NCBI GenBank assembly: GCA_040954595.2
Contig: CM082580.2
Location: 4,764,783 to 4,828,782 of the forward strand
Length of the DNA: 64,000 nt
Source: Balanoglossus misakiensis
Lineage: Eukaryota > Animalia > Hemichordata
Direction: 5' to 3'
Shown: positions 10,744 through 23,800 of the stretch, one piece after another
Numbering within the stretch: position 1 is the first letter of the stretch
Layout: every line of letters begins with the position of its first letter
Position numbers and translations under genes: made by a program
The notes under the pieces: model-generated
What the model saw: only the letters and a program-made list of their open reading frames with translations
What the model was told of the DNA's origin: nothing
Databases searched by the model: none

Positions 10744-13700
10744 TTAAAGGAGGGAGGGGGTTAAGTACACTACAATTATCATGCACAAATTCATGTTAAA
10801 TGTTGGTGCAACATTTCACAACCTCCTAACCAGAATATGTATGGTAGTTTTAATTTCACTACAATAATCACAAAAATATATTGTTTCAGTTTCATTTATT
10901 TTTCATTCATTTATAGAACAAATACATCTTTTTGTGGAGAGGCACCAGTATAATAATATCTCTGCTACATTTTTGCATTTGCAAACTTTTTTTAGAGGAG
11001 GAAGATAAAGGTAAAACTAAAATGCAATTAATTTTGTTAGTCATATGCATGCTTTATTAAAACATGTACATAACAAATGCAACTAAATGTGAAAAAGTGA
11101 CATGCATTGAACTTTGACATACAGGCATTATTTGTTCTAACCCAACCCAAACACGAAGTAAAAAAAAATAAAATAAGTAAATTGAAACAGTGTCAGTTAT
11201 AATTTACCATTGGCAAAAGTATATGAAATGATAGCAATATCTGCGACATGCATATTTTGGCTGATCTGCAGTGCAACACTTTTTGTACGAAAACAATTAA
11301 TTGTAAATTTGCGCATGGTATTATATGAAGCAAAGTACAGTTGAACCCCAAAGCTCTCACTATAACAATAAAATGTATTTGCTGTGCACAAGTTAATGTC
11401 CATGGGTCAGCCAATGTCAGTGTGTTCGTTTCATTGTCACTGATCTTGTTCCAACATTTATATCAAAACAGATGTGAAATGTTTCTTACACGTACAATTT
11501 CATCAACTTTACAACTTCAATTATGCTTTGACAACAGTGCTGTCCCACTTCAAGCTATAATCGTTTAGAAACCATTTGCTCATAGATATTTTGACTTTGA
11601 AACATGACGACCGCAGTTTTCGCCAGGCAGTAAAACAGTAGCAAAAAAGCTATGCCAGCTTTGATAATTGACTTCATGCAATATATGGCTTACAATTTGT
11701 TAATTCTACACAATACAATAAACATAAATTAAGTCAGGAGAATGGCCATAGCTTCAATGCATAGGAAATGGTTAATACTACTGCTATTATAAAAAGCCCA
11801 CATACAGTCATTAAGTCATTTTTGCCGGACCATGCATTCTTATTTTGTCAATTATTTAGCAACATTAAATTGTACAATTCAGCAATGCAGAAATTGCAGA
11901 AAGTGGGTTAAACCTGGCTAAACGGCTAGCAGACAATTGTACGATGCAACAGCTATAGACATTACCACTCATTAACGAATGGTTTTCTCTGTGTTGAAAC
12001 TTGCATAGAATTATGTAATATATGCTCATAATTTTGAAACAATGTGCTATGCTCACAGTTATTGTTAAACACAATGGAATGTTATAATCTGTGAAGTTCG
12101 TCAATGTGTCAACAGTTAATCTACCTGTAGTATAGCTACTGGTAGGATTGAGCAACTGTGCTATTGTCTTGATACACAATAAGCCTTGGTAACTTTCTCA
12201 GAACTCTCTGTGTAAATCCAAGTACTGTCATTTTCAATGCTGGGATTGAACCTACCTGTTTGCTTCTGTACATTACAGGGCTGTATATATTCTCATGTAT
12301 GCATCAGTATGCCCTCTTGAGCCAAAATTACACAATCACAGATGCAACAGACTTACTAGTGATGCAAAAGAATTATCCATTTTACGTGTAATGATAGAGG
12401 GCTGATGCAAAGAATTTTCTATAGAGTTTTTTTTATAAATTGAACTGATTCCAGGGCTCACTGCTATGCATTCCAGTCATGTGTGTTTGTTTGTTTGTTT
12501 GTTTGTACGATTATCATGTGACCTCTTCCACATCTGCTGTCTATGGAAGATTGGTCAGACAGCATTTCTATTCCGTTGTACTAGGTCGACTGGAAAATTT
12601 TCAGAAAACCTTGGACATTTCATGTACTTTCATAGTAAAAAGTAAGAAATTGTTTTAAAATGTCCAGTGTTTCCATAAAAACTTGTAAACTTCTGTCTCG
12701 ATCATCACGGTATTTTCCAAGTACAAATCTCATCGGCTGACTAGAAAATTAACTTCAAACAGATTACGATGGATGTATTTTCATCAGTCATGACATTGGA
12801 TCTACTACTCATCAGATATCAGGCAATTATATTAATCTCGGTGATAACATCATATTTTCAGGTACATGTACCACAAGAGATAGCAAAATAATTCAAATTT
12901 TAGCAAAAGATTACCAGCAATTCAATGTCAATCTCCAGGTTACCGCCGACCAACCAACAACCAACCAGCAGATAGATGTAGCTGGCCGTATCTGCACACC
13001 ACATAAAATACACGAACACAATAATGATTTAAATTTCAATTCTGAAGATGTATTTATTTTAATGACAATTTCTCTAAATGCAACATCCCTTTACACAGTG
13101 GAATCTTCATTATTTCATATCAGGATTTTATACTACGGAAAATATGCTAAAAAATTATCATGAACATTGATGTTTCACATTTTCTTAACTCAATAGAAAA
13201 TAGAGTATTTGTTTGAAGTGAGAAAACTGTAAAATTCATGCAATATATCATATACAAAGTTTAAACACAACAATAAAATCTGTAAGTATATGACAACAAA
13301 TAAAATTTCATGCAATAAAAGTAAAACCAAAATTTTTTGAACTTGGAGACAAATGTCTGCTTTTTAACGGGCGCAGCCAAAAATAAAATGTAAGAAAAAA
13401 ATCTCTATGATTGCTGATATTAGCACAAACAAATGAAGCGGCAAGATCGAATTCTCAATGCAAGGCATTATGCTTAGTATAAAGTGATTCTCACTAATCC
13501 ATCAAGGCTGGGCTGCAGTAGAGCTTTGTGTACTCATGCAGTTTCACAGTCATCCATATTTGATTTGGAACAAACACCATCGCATCAATCGCAAAGTCTG
13601 ATTGACGTCGATTCGACCATGGGCATGGCAAATAACGGGAAGACCGCCAACAATGGTGATGCAATTGTGTGGCACATCATTAACATGTTGAATGGGAGGG

Positions 13701-15183
13701 AGGGGAAACCTAGGCCCCGACCGCACTCACCACAGATTGCAGAGAATTAGTGGCATATGGTGTCCCAGAGAGTCTTACATTACCGACGGTATAGCCATAC
13801 ATATTACAGGAAATGCATTTGTACTTTTATCAAGAATTCAACGCCGGTTCGCGATGAATACACACGTCAAATTGGAAACTGATGAGGACAAAAATGACAA
13901 GAATGGTATTAAATTTTCAAAAGTATCTGCAAATAAAAACGCTTTCAAATATCATAAACATGGCTTATAAGTAGACATTTTCACTATAAAGATTCGGAAT
14001 CATACAACATCAAATAAAAGTAAGTTGGCCAGGTAGACAATTGCATCGCACAGATAACAGAATTGTCACTTTAAAAAGAAAAATACTTATTTTTATATGC
14101 ATGACAAAAATGCAAATTAAAAAATCAAGGTACTGTACATATCACACTGATTGACAGAAGAGAATGAATAGCAAGAAAAACTTTGGTTTTACAATAAAAT
14201 CTGATTAGCAAGACTACAATGTACAATGCATACAATGCATAATAGACCTTGTAGAATTTATGATTCCATGTGCAGACTGCTTTGTCAACAGTAAGCACAA
14301 CAGGCTAATTATTATAGAAAACAAAAATATCGATATGACAAAGACAAAAGACATTAACCTCTGTTGTATTGTATGCAAGGGTGCTATGAAACAAAGACAA
14401 TTTTATTCTACATGTTATTTTTAATAAAGGTCGCAAACGAAAGATCATATTAAGCTCGCTATTGATTTCCAGTACTTGTTTAAATATTGCTGATTGTCTG
14501 TCAAGGCCCGACTCAGTTGCTGTCTGTCATGGTCACAATCGGAAAATAATCATTCTTGTACAAAATAATATTACTTCTAAGGCTTTATGTATCCGTGCCA
14601 ACTACAGATGAAACCTTTATTTTTGTTTTGAGATTGCACTTAGGTTCACCATCGTCTGGAGAAATAATCAATCATTTCATCAGAATATGTACTTTTTATA
14701 CAACAATATACCTGTGAAAAATACGGGCGGTTTCCTGTACTATTTGAGTTTAGATGGAAATATTACTTCATCAGAAGATGTGAATAAAGCCAGTTACTGG
14801 AAAGAAATGAAATATTATCCATATAAAAACAGGGTAATGAAAATCTAGTATGTGAAACATGAATATCACATTTTAGACAGTGCAGGCAGTATGTGTTAAA
14901 TGATCTATGTGGTGGTATGTGACACATACAAAATACATGTGCATTGAATACAAAAGATGTGTTCATGTATGTAACATCAACACATCAAAAAGTCTAAAAA
15001 AGTACTCTATAATGGACAAAGTTTTCTGTTTAAAGTTAAAGCTTGGGCAGTACTGTAGTAATAGTTTGGATAAATTGAATTCTCAGCTGGACAGACTTTG
15101 TAGTACAAAAAAGTCAAAATAAAGCACTTTGGGTTCATGGTAAAAATAAACTATTGGAAGTTACAACTTGTATGAGAGTTTAA

Positions 15184-15530
15184 AGGGACTAAGTCTCTCT
15201 CTCGCTGCCCTGATACCATTAATTATATTTGGTACAAGACGCTGTTTATATTATTCTACATGTGGATATATAGTGAATCAATGTTCAACCACACACAACT
15301 TCCATCCAACTTGTAGACACGAGAGTGAAAAACTCGCCAAAATGAATAATCGGTGTTTACCATTTATTCATTTTGGCGGGAATTTTACTCTCATATCCTA
15401 CAAACGGGATGGAAGTTGTGTGTCGTCGAATGTTGATTTACTATATATCCACATGTAGAATAACATAAACGGTGTCTTGTATCAAGCATAATTAATGAAA
15501 AAATGCCTATGAGAGAGAGACTTTGTCCCT
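15184..15530. mobile_element. Fully palindromic (foldback) MITE, Kolobok-like
   Basis: TTAA at 15180-15183 and 15531-15534, with ends AGGGAC...GTCCCT. The two halves are imperfect inverted copies of each other along about 170 bp, centred near 15355. Confidence 0.85.
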
Positions 15531-16844
15531 TTAATAATAAGTTTTGAATAAATATAGTACATGTAACAGGGTTTTCAAATGTAGGACAACAAGCCAGAAA
15601 GCTTGTAGGCTAACTGCTGAAAACCTACATAAGGCACAATTCAACATAAAATGAAAATTATTTCAAAAATCCGGCAGTTTTTGAATGTATGGGTGTTGTC
15701 TGCATGCAGAAACAACGTTTTGCAATGTTACAAGTAACTCAATAACATCTGGTGTCATTTTATCGGTAATCATTAAATTGTAGGGAGTAACCTATTGGAC
15801 TAATGACAGTATTGGATCCAGCTTTTCACATGCAGTGTACACTACAATTAAATCTCTTGTATTCTAATATGAAATGGCCACATAGGCAAAGACATCCCTG
15901 TAAAAATCATTCAAACAACCTTGAATTTAATTTTATGGCAAATCAAAAGCAAACCACACTGTGTGATTGATTTCTAGGGAATTCTAGTTTTGCGTGTAGC
16001 TGGATGGAAAGGTTCAGTCCTGTTACGGGCCACTCTTTCACCTTTGACCCTAGGTCAGAGGTGATGGGAGGTGATGAGCAACTCTTTTTTTGACACTTCA
16101 TGTTTCTGAGCTGGGCATATTTCAAATAAGATCACACCAGTTGCAGACAGAGATTACAGGTGGCCCAGCAGAGTCACAGATCACAAAGAGAGATTGGCAT
16201 GTTTTTAACCTTTTTACCACCATGGTTCAGTCTCAGCACTATCAGAGGCAACTGAAAATTAGGGAGAGGGTAGTCGAGCCAACGACCCGTGCGATCGGAC
16301 GATGGAGATAACCGTGCTTCTAAATTACATTTGATTGGACATACAGACTACAGATAGCGAGTTCTGTTACTGGCGAATGCTCGGCAAAGAATGGCTCCCA
16401 ACGACTCTTACAAAATCGCCACAAATTTTAAATTGACTTGGAAGAGTTACTTCAGTATAACTGTAGCAATTTGCTGTGTTACAAATAATTTGTACATCCC
16501 AAAGCTACATTTCTTGATAAACCTATCATTTTATGCATATTTGATTGGTACACATTTTGTTCAGTAATGATGTAAGGTTGGCAGACGACACCCATTAATG
16601 TTACAAGTGAAAATTGATATGGAAAAAGTAAAATCTCGCATTTCGCATTTAATCGGTCAAATAATAGTAATGTATATCATCATGGTACTGATAGCTCTCT
16701 TTCGCGATAAACAAATGAAATGAAATATGATATGTATGGATGACTTATCATTACGCATCAACAAATCATTGTAAATGACACAGTCCTCGCTGACACTTGA
16801 CAAATATGAGTGAATTTGAATCATCATGTTGTATGGTATAGTTA

Positions 16845-17659
16845 GGGACCGTTCAGTTTTTACGGCCGGGGGGGGGCCGGCAAAATCCAGGGGGGGGTCA
16901 CTTAAATTTTGAAGTCCACAAGGGGGGGGTCATCTGGTTTTTTTAAACGTTTAGGGGGGGGGTCACATACTTTTGCCACCGAACTTTTGCTTTTGAGTCC
17001 ACAGAATTGCAGTTTCGCGCCCTTTATTTTACAAAATTTTCTCATGTGGGAGGGGGACACCCCCTCCCACACCCACCCCTCCATTCTTCGCCACATTGCA
17101 TTTCTTCACTGGTTTGTCTAGTTTACCAGGGAAGACTTCTTGCCACCCCACCCCCGATGCTTACTTAGTGGAGTGGCAAAATTAAAATTTGTCCTACCTA
17201 ACATTGAGTTAATTTGCTTTTGAGTTCATTAAATTGCAACTTTGAGCACCGTATTTTACAAAATTTTCTAATATAATGTCGGAGGGGGACACCCCCTCCC
17301 ACACCCACCCCCGGCACTTTTCTTGTTTTACCGATTCTAGCAACTATTGTATTGACTTGTCATTTTAATTTGTTCATAGATTTCTTTATTGCAACGATAT
17401 ACTATTATATACTTCAATAATACTTTAAGAAATTTATAATTGGGGTGTCAGGAGCCTCATTCCCTTTATTGCATACAGTGTACATAGGATCAGGACGGCG
17501 AATGTTTTCGGCGTGGGGGGGGGGTCATCATATTTTTGGGTCTGTCAAAGGGGGGGTCATCATTTTTTGGTCCTGGGTGAAGGGGGGGTCGGCCTGATTT
17601 TGAGAACCGATGACACAAACTTGCCGGCCCCCCCCCTGCCGTAAAAACTGAACGGTCCC
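16845..17659. mobile_element. PIF/Harbinger-type MITE
   Basis: About 39-bp TIR GGGACCGTTCAGTTTTTACGGC(C/A)G(n)CCGGCAA. TTA target duplication at 16842-16844 and 17660-17662. Internal repeated G-tracts and a duplicated GGGAGGGGGACACCCCCTCCCACACCCACCCC-type unit (about 17048-17079 and 17281-17312). Confidence 0.9.
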
Positions 17660-17819
17660 TTATGGGCAACTTTAAAGTAACAGAGTTTTGGGAACTCTCA
17701 TTATGTGGAAACAGATACTGGGCCTAAAATTAACAGAGAGTGCTTTTCACATGATATGTAGATCTTTGGCCGAGAAACAGTTAGAAATATGTTTATTATT
17801 AAAAAACCTTTTAAGAATA

Positions 17820-20800
17820 TTAATATTCTACGCTCACTTCTGGATAGCTATAGCTGCCCCACTTTGAGTCATTGTCTGTCATTTCTCTGGATTTGTTCTC
17901 AGTCTCTGTTCCGTCATTCCCCCAATCCTCCTGCATGTCCTTCAGTTTACCCTGAAGCAGTTTCTGTGCCGTGATTTTTTCCTGAGTGGTGGAAGATGCG
18001 GATTCGTCGGTAGTTTCTGCGTTCTGCGCGGCCACGACTTTCGACGGCCCCCTTCGCTCTTTCCTCTCGCTTTCGATGAAGGCCACGAGTTTGTCGGTGT
18101 CCAAGTCCTGAAGTTGTCCGAACGCGTGCGGCCGGGATCTCTTCTGGCCGGCCGAGCCGCTGCTGCTCCCCAGGCTCCCCCTGTCCGCCAGATCGTCCGG
18201 CGAGGCGTTGTCCAGGACGATGCCCTCGTCGGACAGCTGCAGGCTGGAGCCCCTTCGCAGAACCCGACGCTGCAATCGCTGCTCCTGCCTCTCCAGGGTC
18301 TTCAGCTCTTCCTCCAGCGACATTGACGTTCTGATTTGCGCCGTCGTTGGTTGCCGCGGTGACGGTTGCCTGGGGGACCTCCATTGTTGTCTCTCATCAT
18401 CCATCTTGATGAGTTTATCCAGCTCTTCTTCCTGTTGTATGACGTCTTCTTCCTCCTTGAGTGTAAAAAATCACCCCAGAAAAAGACACAAATTAGTATG
18501 TAATTATTCTCCAGACACATATCTAGACGTGGCATTTTTTTTTGCCCCAAGTAAAGTCAAAGAATTCTCATCAAGCAAAATACAGAAATCTTTTAAGTAT
18601 CCCCGATTTTAAAATCACGGTGTACTTTTTGACACTGTATGTGGGAGCAAACTGGAAAGTAAAATAACAGAGAGAGTGTAAATTTACGTGTGTGTGTGTG
18701 TGTGTCTGTCTGACTGTCTGACTCTGTATGCATGCGTCTGTGTGTTCACATGTACAGGAAAATAAATGCTGGGCAAATTGATACCTATCTGGCAGCAAGC
18801 AAACAGTTTGGGAATATTAAAAAAGAAAAATAAACATTTTCAAATGCCTTCAAAAAAGAGAAAGACAATGAAACAAATAATTCAGACACAAATGGTGACA
18901 TGGGAACTCAGAACTGATCACGGGTACAATGTACCACAAAATGGCAGTCAATGTTTAATAAAGCATCGTAAATGAAATAATCGTTGACCTTCACCAATGT
19001 AACATCATCTATAGCCGCAGATGAGGGGTTCAAAGCCTTCAATGATAAGCTTGGCCTTTATTAATAATCGTTACAAACGACCTCTGCATCAATATCTCTT
19101 CAAAACGACCTCTATCAACACAATTCAAAAATGAACTCTTGTGAGTGCGATAAAATCTTGGATCAATGCAAAAGTACTTGAAAAAAACCTTCCGCTTACA
19201 ATTTTAGTGCTTTTCTTGAGGAGATCTTGAACTGAATGAAAATAATTATTTATCAACAAGCGTGAATTCACAGAGATTTCACAAGGAAGTTTCTCCAATT
19301 GCTATTTTCTCCCTGGTCTCAAATTTACCTCACACCATTTCAAGATTACGCTTTTTTCACAACTCATCAGCACCAATGTTCAAATTTACATTTTCTGATG
19401 ATGTAAACTTTAAGTTTTAGAAATCTCTACAGTAAATAACATTTAAATGTCCGTCAGAAATGTCTCATGTTTATAATATACTTGTCTACACAAGTTAATA
19501 CTGTGTATTTATAAGCAATAGTCATAGCAGGATATCATTCTACCACTGTATACATGTATATCCTGGAAGTGAAAAACTTCAATACTACAACGAGGTCACT
19601 GCACAAGTCTGATCGATTTTCTGCTATGAATCAATAGCAAAACATTATTAACTTCTACTAAAGGAAATAATAACTATCAACCCTGTATCATATCAAACTA
19701 GACGGAGATTTTATTGTATTACATGTTGTTACCCAAAACCTTCCAGTCGATAAGTGACAGCAATACTATATGTACAATACCAGTAGCATAGTCTCTTGAT
19801 ATAAATTGCATCTGTTAAACGGGAAATTTTCATGACAGGAAATTTTTGCAATATCAAAAGAGTCAACTGTTTAATGTGACTATTAATTTTCGTGTTCTCG
19901 TATTTCAGTGCATCGTTATCTCCGAACAACATTTTATGTGACTTTTTTATTTTCGCGTTTTTGGGGCTCTTGCGTAGTTCACGAAAATTTCCCGTTTTAC
20001 AGTAATCACTAACACAGGTAGTTTTGGGATAAACGTCTCAATAAAACGTACATAATACTTGCTGTCCAGGGCCTGCCCTTCTAAATAGAATTGTACCATG
20101 GTTCTCTCAAAGTGCTGCATCTCTAGGGATATTTTACTTTAATGTAGGCAGATTGTCTAACTATGTTCTGACTAGACATGGGTTCTCCTTAAAGCTCCAT
20201 TTATAGCTGTAACTTTTCGCTAAGTTTTTAAGTATTTCTGCAGTTTTTTGTTCAAAACCGAGAAGCATGATAAAATGTCCAGTATCAGACTAACCCCGAC
20301 CTATATGTATATTCTCAGCATTGTTTTTGTGCAACATTTAAATTCAAGTATGGACTGGTATGCATTTGTCAACAATAACAATGACCGTCATACATATACA
20401 TGCTATGTTGACAAGTGAAGTACTGGGTATATTAGCATGCTGTAGTGTGTAGAACAAGAATTTAAGAAATAAAATTTAGTACCCAGAAAAAAATACTGAA
20501 AATAAATGTCCCTTTAATAAAGGAAATGAAGTATGTAACCTCAGCCCAACAATGTTAGTAGTAGCTCTCACCTGTAATAATTTCTCAGACCTCTTCAAAC
20601 TTTCTTCAACTTCAGTTTGCGTCAGTTCTTCCTGTTGAAGCCGCAAGATTTCATATCGTCTTTTTTCTTCGAGCAAAGATTCCTCCGAGGCTAGTCTGAA
20701 TGAGAAAAAAAACAATTTGAAACAAAAGTGAACGGAATGATTCTTATAGATCTGAGATCACGTGAGCAGAACTGTAAATGACTTTTTGTCATAAATTTTT

Positions 20801-23800
20801 TACACATGATAAGACTTCAGGAACGTACAAAGCAAAATAACAAGAAATTGCACAACCATTTTCTGAGAAAAGTGATCAATGAAGTATTAGCAAAACTTGC
20901 CCCACAGCACAACATTGACATTTTCACAATACCTTTGCCACATCATAATGTGAACACCCCTAGGCTTCTGCAAGCCAACATTCAAAACAATCGGACAAGC
21001 GGTTTTTGAGAACTAGAGTTGAGCCAAGTTTCTACCAAGCTGACCCATCGTGACCTCACTTTGCATAACAATAGCTGCAGAGCTTGGCAAAACAATGACA
21101 ATCTCAGGGTTGCCATCACTGTACTGAAAATGGAAACTCTGTGACTGAAATTTAATTTGTGACAAATCTGAGGACCTTACAATACGTGCGGTTCAGAAGT
21201 TGTTTTCACTCATGATGAAGAGTATTTTGCTGTACTGTCATGAGCGCAGAGAAAGCGAAAGTAACATCACAAAATACATTGCATCACTCAAGAAAGCAAC
21301 TTCTGGTCAGCCTCCATTGGTCTTACAATGCACAATGCATGGAAGTACCATGGTCCAGAGAAAAATGGAACATCACCCTGTCATATCTCTCGCGCGAAAA
21401 AAATGTCACAAATTTCATATATCCTGCTTTGGACAAATCAGCATCAATATACTAAGTGCTTGATTGAAAAGATTGATCATGATTTGTGCTTCAGTTATCA
21501 CAAAGGAAGATTACTGTTATTCTGTACAAAGCACATGAAAAACATTATATTTTCTTGTTAATTCTTAGCTGAAGTGTTAAAAATTGTAATACCTTGCCAA
21601 GAAACTGGCGGATTAGTTTGACCCATGCCATGTGAAGGTTGTTCTTTGTGCACACATAGTAAATATTCGAGTGAAAGTGTCACCAATATAGCGACCACAG
21701 GTTCATTTCACCAGGTCTCATCGCTATGTAACTACCAGGGGCAGTGTCAGAGAAGCAGATGTCGGTTGCCAGACGAGTGATGAGAACAATACACATGATG
21801 GGATCATTAAACCAATCATGAACAATGGACTCTTAATGAGAATTAGCCCAGTTGTGACACCCTCTGCGGTAGCTCCCATGTTCAGACCAATTGTTGCATT
21901 GTAGCATACTGTAAAACGGGTTATTTTCGCGACAGGAAATTTTCGTGATATCAAAAGAGGCAACTGTTAAGCGAGGATTAATTTTCGCTTTCTCCTATTT
22001 CATTTTCTGCATCGTTATATCCAAAAAACATTTTATGCAACTTTTTAATTTCATGTTTTATGGCTCTCGCGTATTTCGCAAAAGTTTATTGCAAAAATAG
22101 ACCGTTTTACAGTATTAAAGCATGGTGCGCCGTTAATGATATCAACTATGACTTTGACCTGCAACTGTGACAGCACACCCATGAATCAGGTGTGACGACA
22201 GATGACAACTATTAGACTGAAAAAAGACAATGAAACTGAATGCACGGTAGAAACAGTGTGAAAAATACTGGCAGGGTAATTCCAGTTCCTGGGCATTGCA
22301 CTCTTGTCTATTTGAAAAAAATAAAACAAAAATATCTCAGACAGGAAGAAAAATTATCACACTGATTTTGACTTTTAACCCTAATCACAACCATGATTAA
22401 CACAAGCAACTGCAGTCCAGCTGTAAAAAAACCCACCTGAGTTTTCTTGCTTCATCCAACATAGTTTTGTACTCTTGCAACGCAGGATCACTTTCTGTTC
22501 CCGATACCACACCATCACTACTCATATTTCCTGGGAAGAGAAAATATTTTCAGAATGCTCACTTAGGAGTACACAATGTTTGACTGAAAAGTCAAAGCCT
22601 TACACAAGATGTTAATAATAATACAAACAATGTCAACGTTACTTTTCCATCAAAAGACACATACATGTAGTATAGATTTTCCAATGTATCAGGATTCACT
22701 TGAAATGAAATTGTCCCCTCGGGTCAGTCTTCACCCTTTCACCCCCAGTTTCCTCTTCAGAGGTCCAACCTTACCATAGAAAACAATGGGTTTGGACTGA
22801 ACCATGGTGGTGGAAAGGGTTAACAAGTGTAGCATGCTAGAAGGGTATGCTTACTCCATTCTAGACACCTGGTACAAAGTTGAACAGTTGTTCAAGATGG
22901 CCCTGTTATAGTTATCATTTTATCAATTTGTTTCATGGCCGTGATAATTCCCTTTACCTTGTATGAGAACGATTATCAGACCCGATTTGCTGTCATATAC
23001 TTGATAGATATCTTATCACTTAATGAATCTAACAACTTATCATGTAGCAAGCATTGCCACGTATGAGTTTCATATAGGAGGGACCGTCTCTCAGATTTTG
23101 TCTATACCAGAATCTCTCTGTCATTTATGCAGACTACACTTTTTGACCCCCAAAATTGTACATACGTATTGACTTTGGAGCAAAATTTGTCGAAAACAAA
23201 AAATTCACGTAGGGGATCCATGAGATGTGTACAGATGTCGTGTGAGATACAGTCATTTAACTCGGAACAAGACATTCGAGATTGAATTATCTTTAAGAAG
23301 AACCTGTATCATTCAGGAATGAATATCTAGCATGTAACGACTAGCATCGTGTGCCAGACAGATCACTTAAAGTTCAGTGAAAGTCTTTCATCTTGCATTG
23401 CAATTTTCTATGAAAATGATATTTTTCCGACCCCAGAAAAAATGTCCTATCAAATTCCCTGCATTACCTTATTTTGGGTAGTATGTCATTTAAAAAGTGG
23501 CAAAAACCAGAACTGTGCTATAAGTTTTCAGATATGAATGTCTCCAGGAGAAAATTAAGTGATTGCAAAACCAGGTGACCATGATAACATTACATGACAG
23601 GGGTAATTTGATAGACTGCAGATTGATAAAATTCTCTTCTATTAAAATGATGCAAACGATCACATCCTGATAAATTGGCAAATGAGGAAAGAAAAGTCTC
23701 CTCAAGAGGGCGCTATTACCTAGGGTTTTTTTCCAGACGTAATTGTATATCCCCAGGTCCATGAGGTAACATGAAAGTGAAATTACATACAATGTACGGA

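Noticed and set aside
12241-12256. tRNA B-box-like GGTTCAATCCCA on the minus strand
   Set aside because: No A box, cloverleaf or SINE tail visible.
13484-13970. CpG-containing patch with short ORFs and a minus-strand GTGAGT donor-like site
   Set aside because: No phase-consistent partner exons and no recognisable protein.
17947-18612. Alternative-frame and antisense ORFs over the last exon
   Set aside because: Shadow ORFs of the GC-rich exon 18455-17820.
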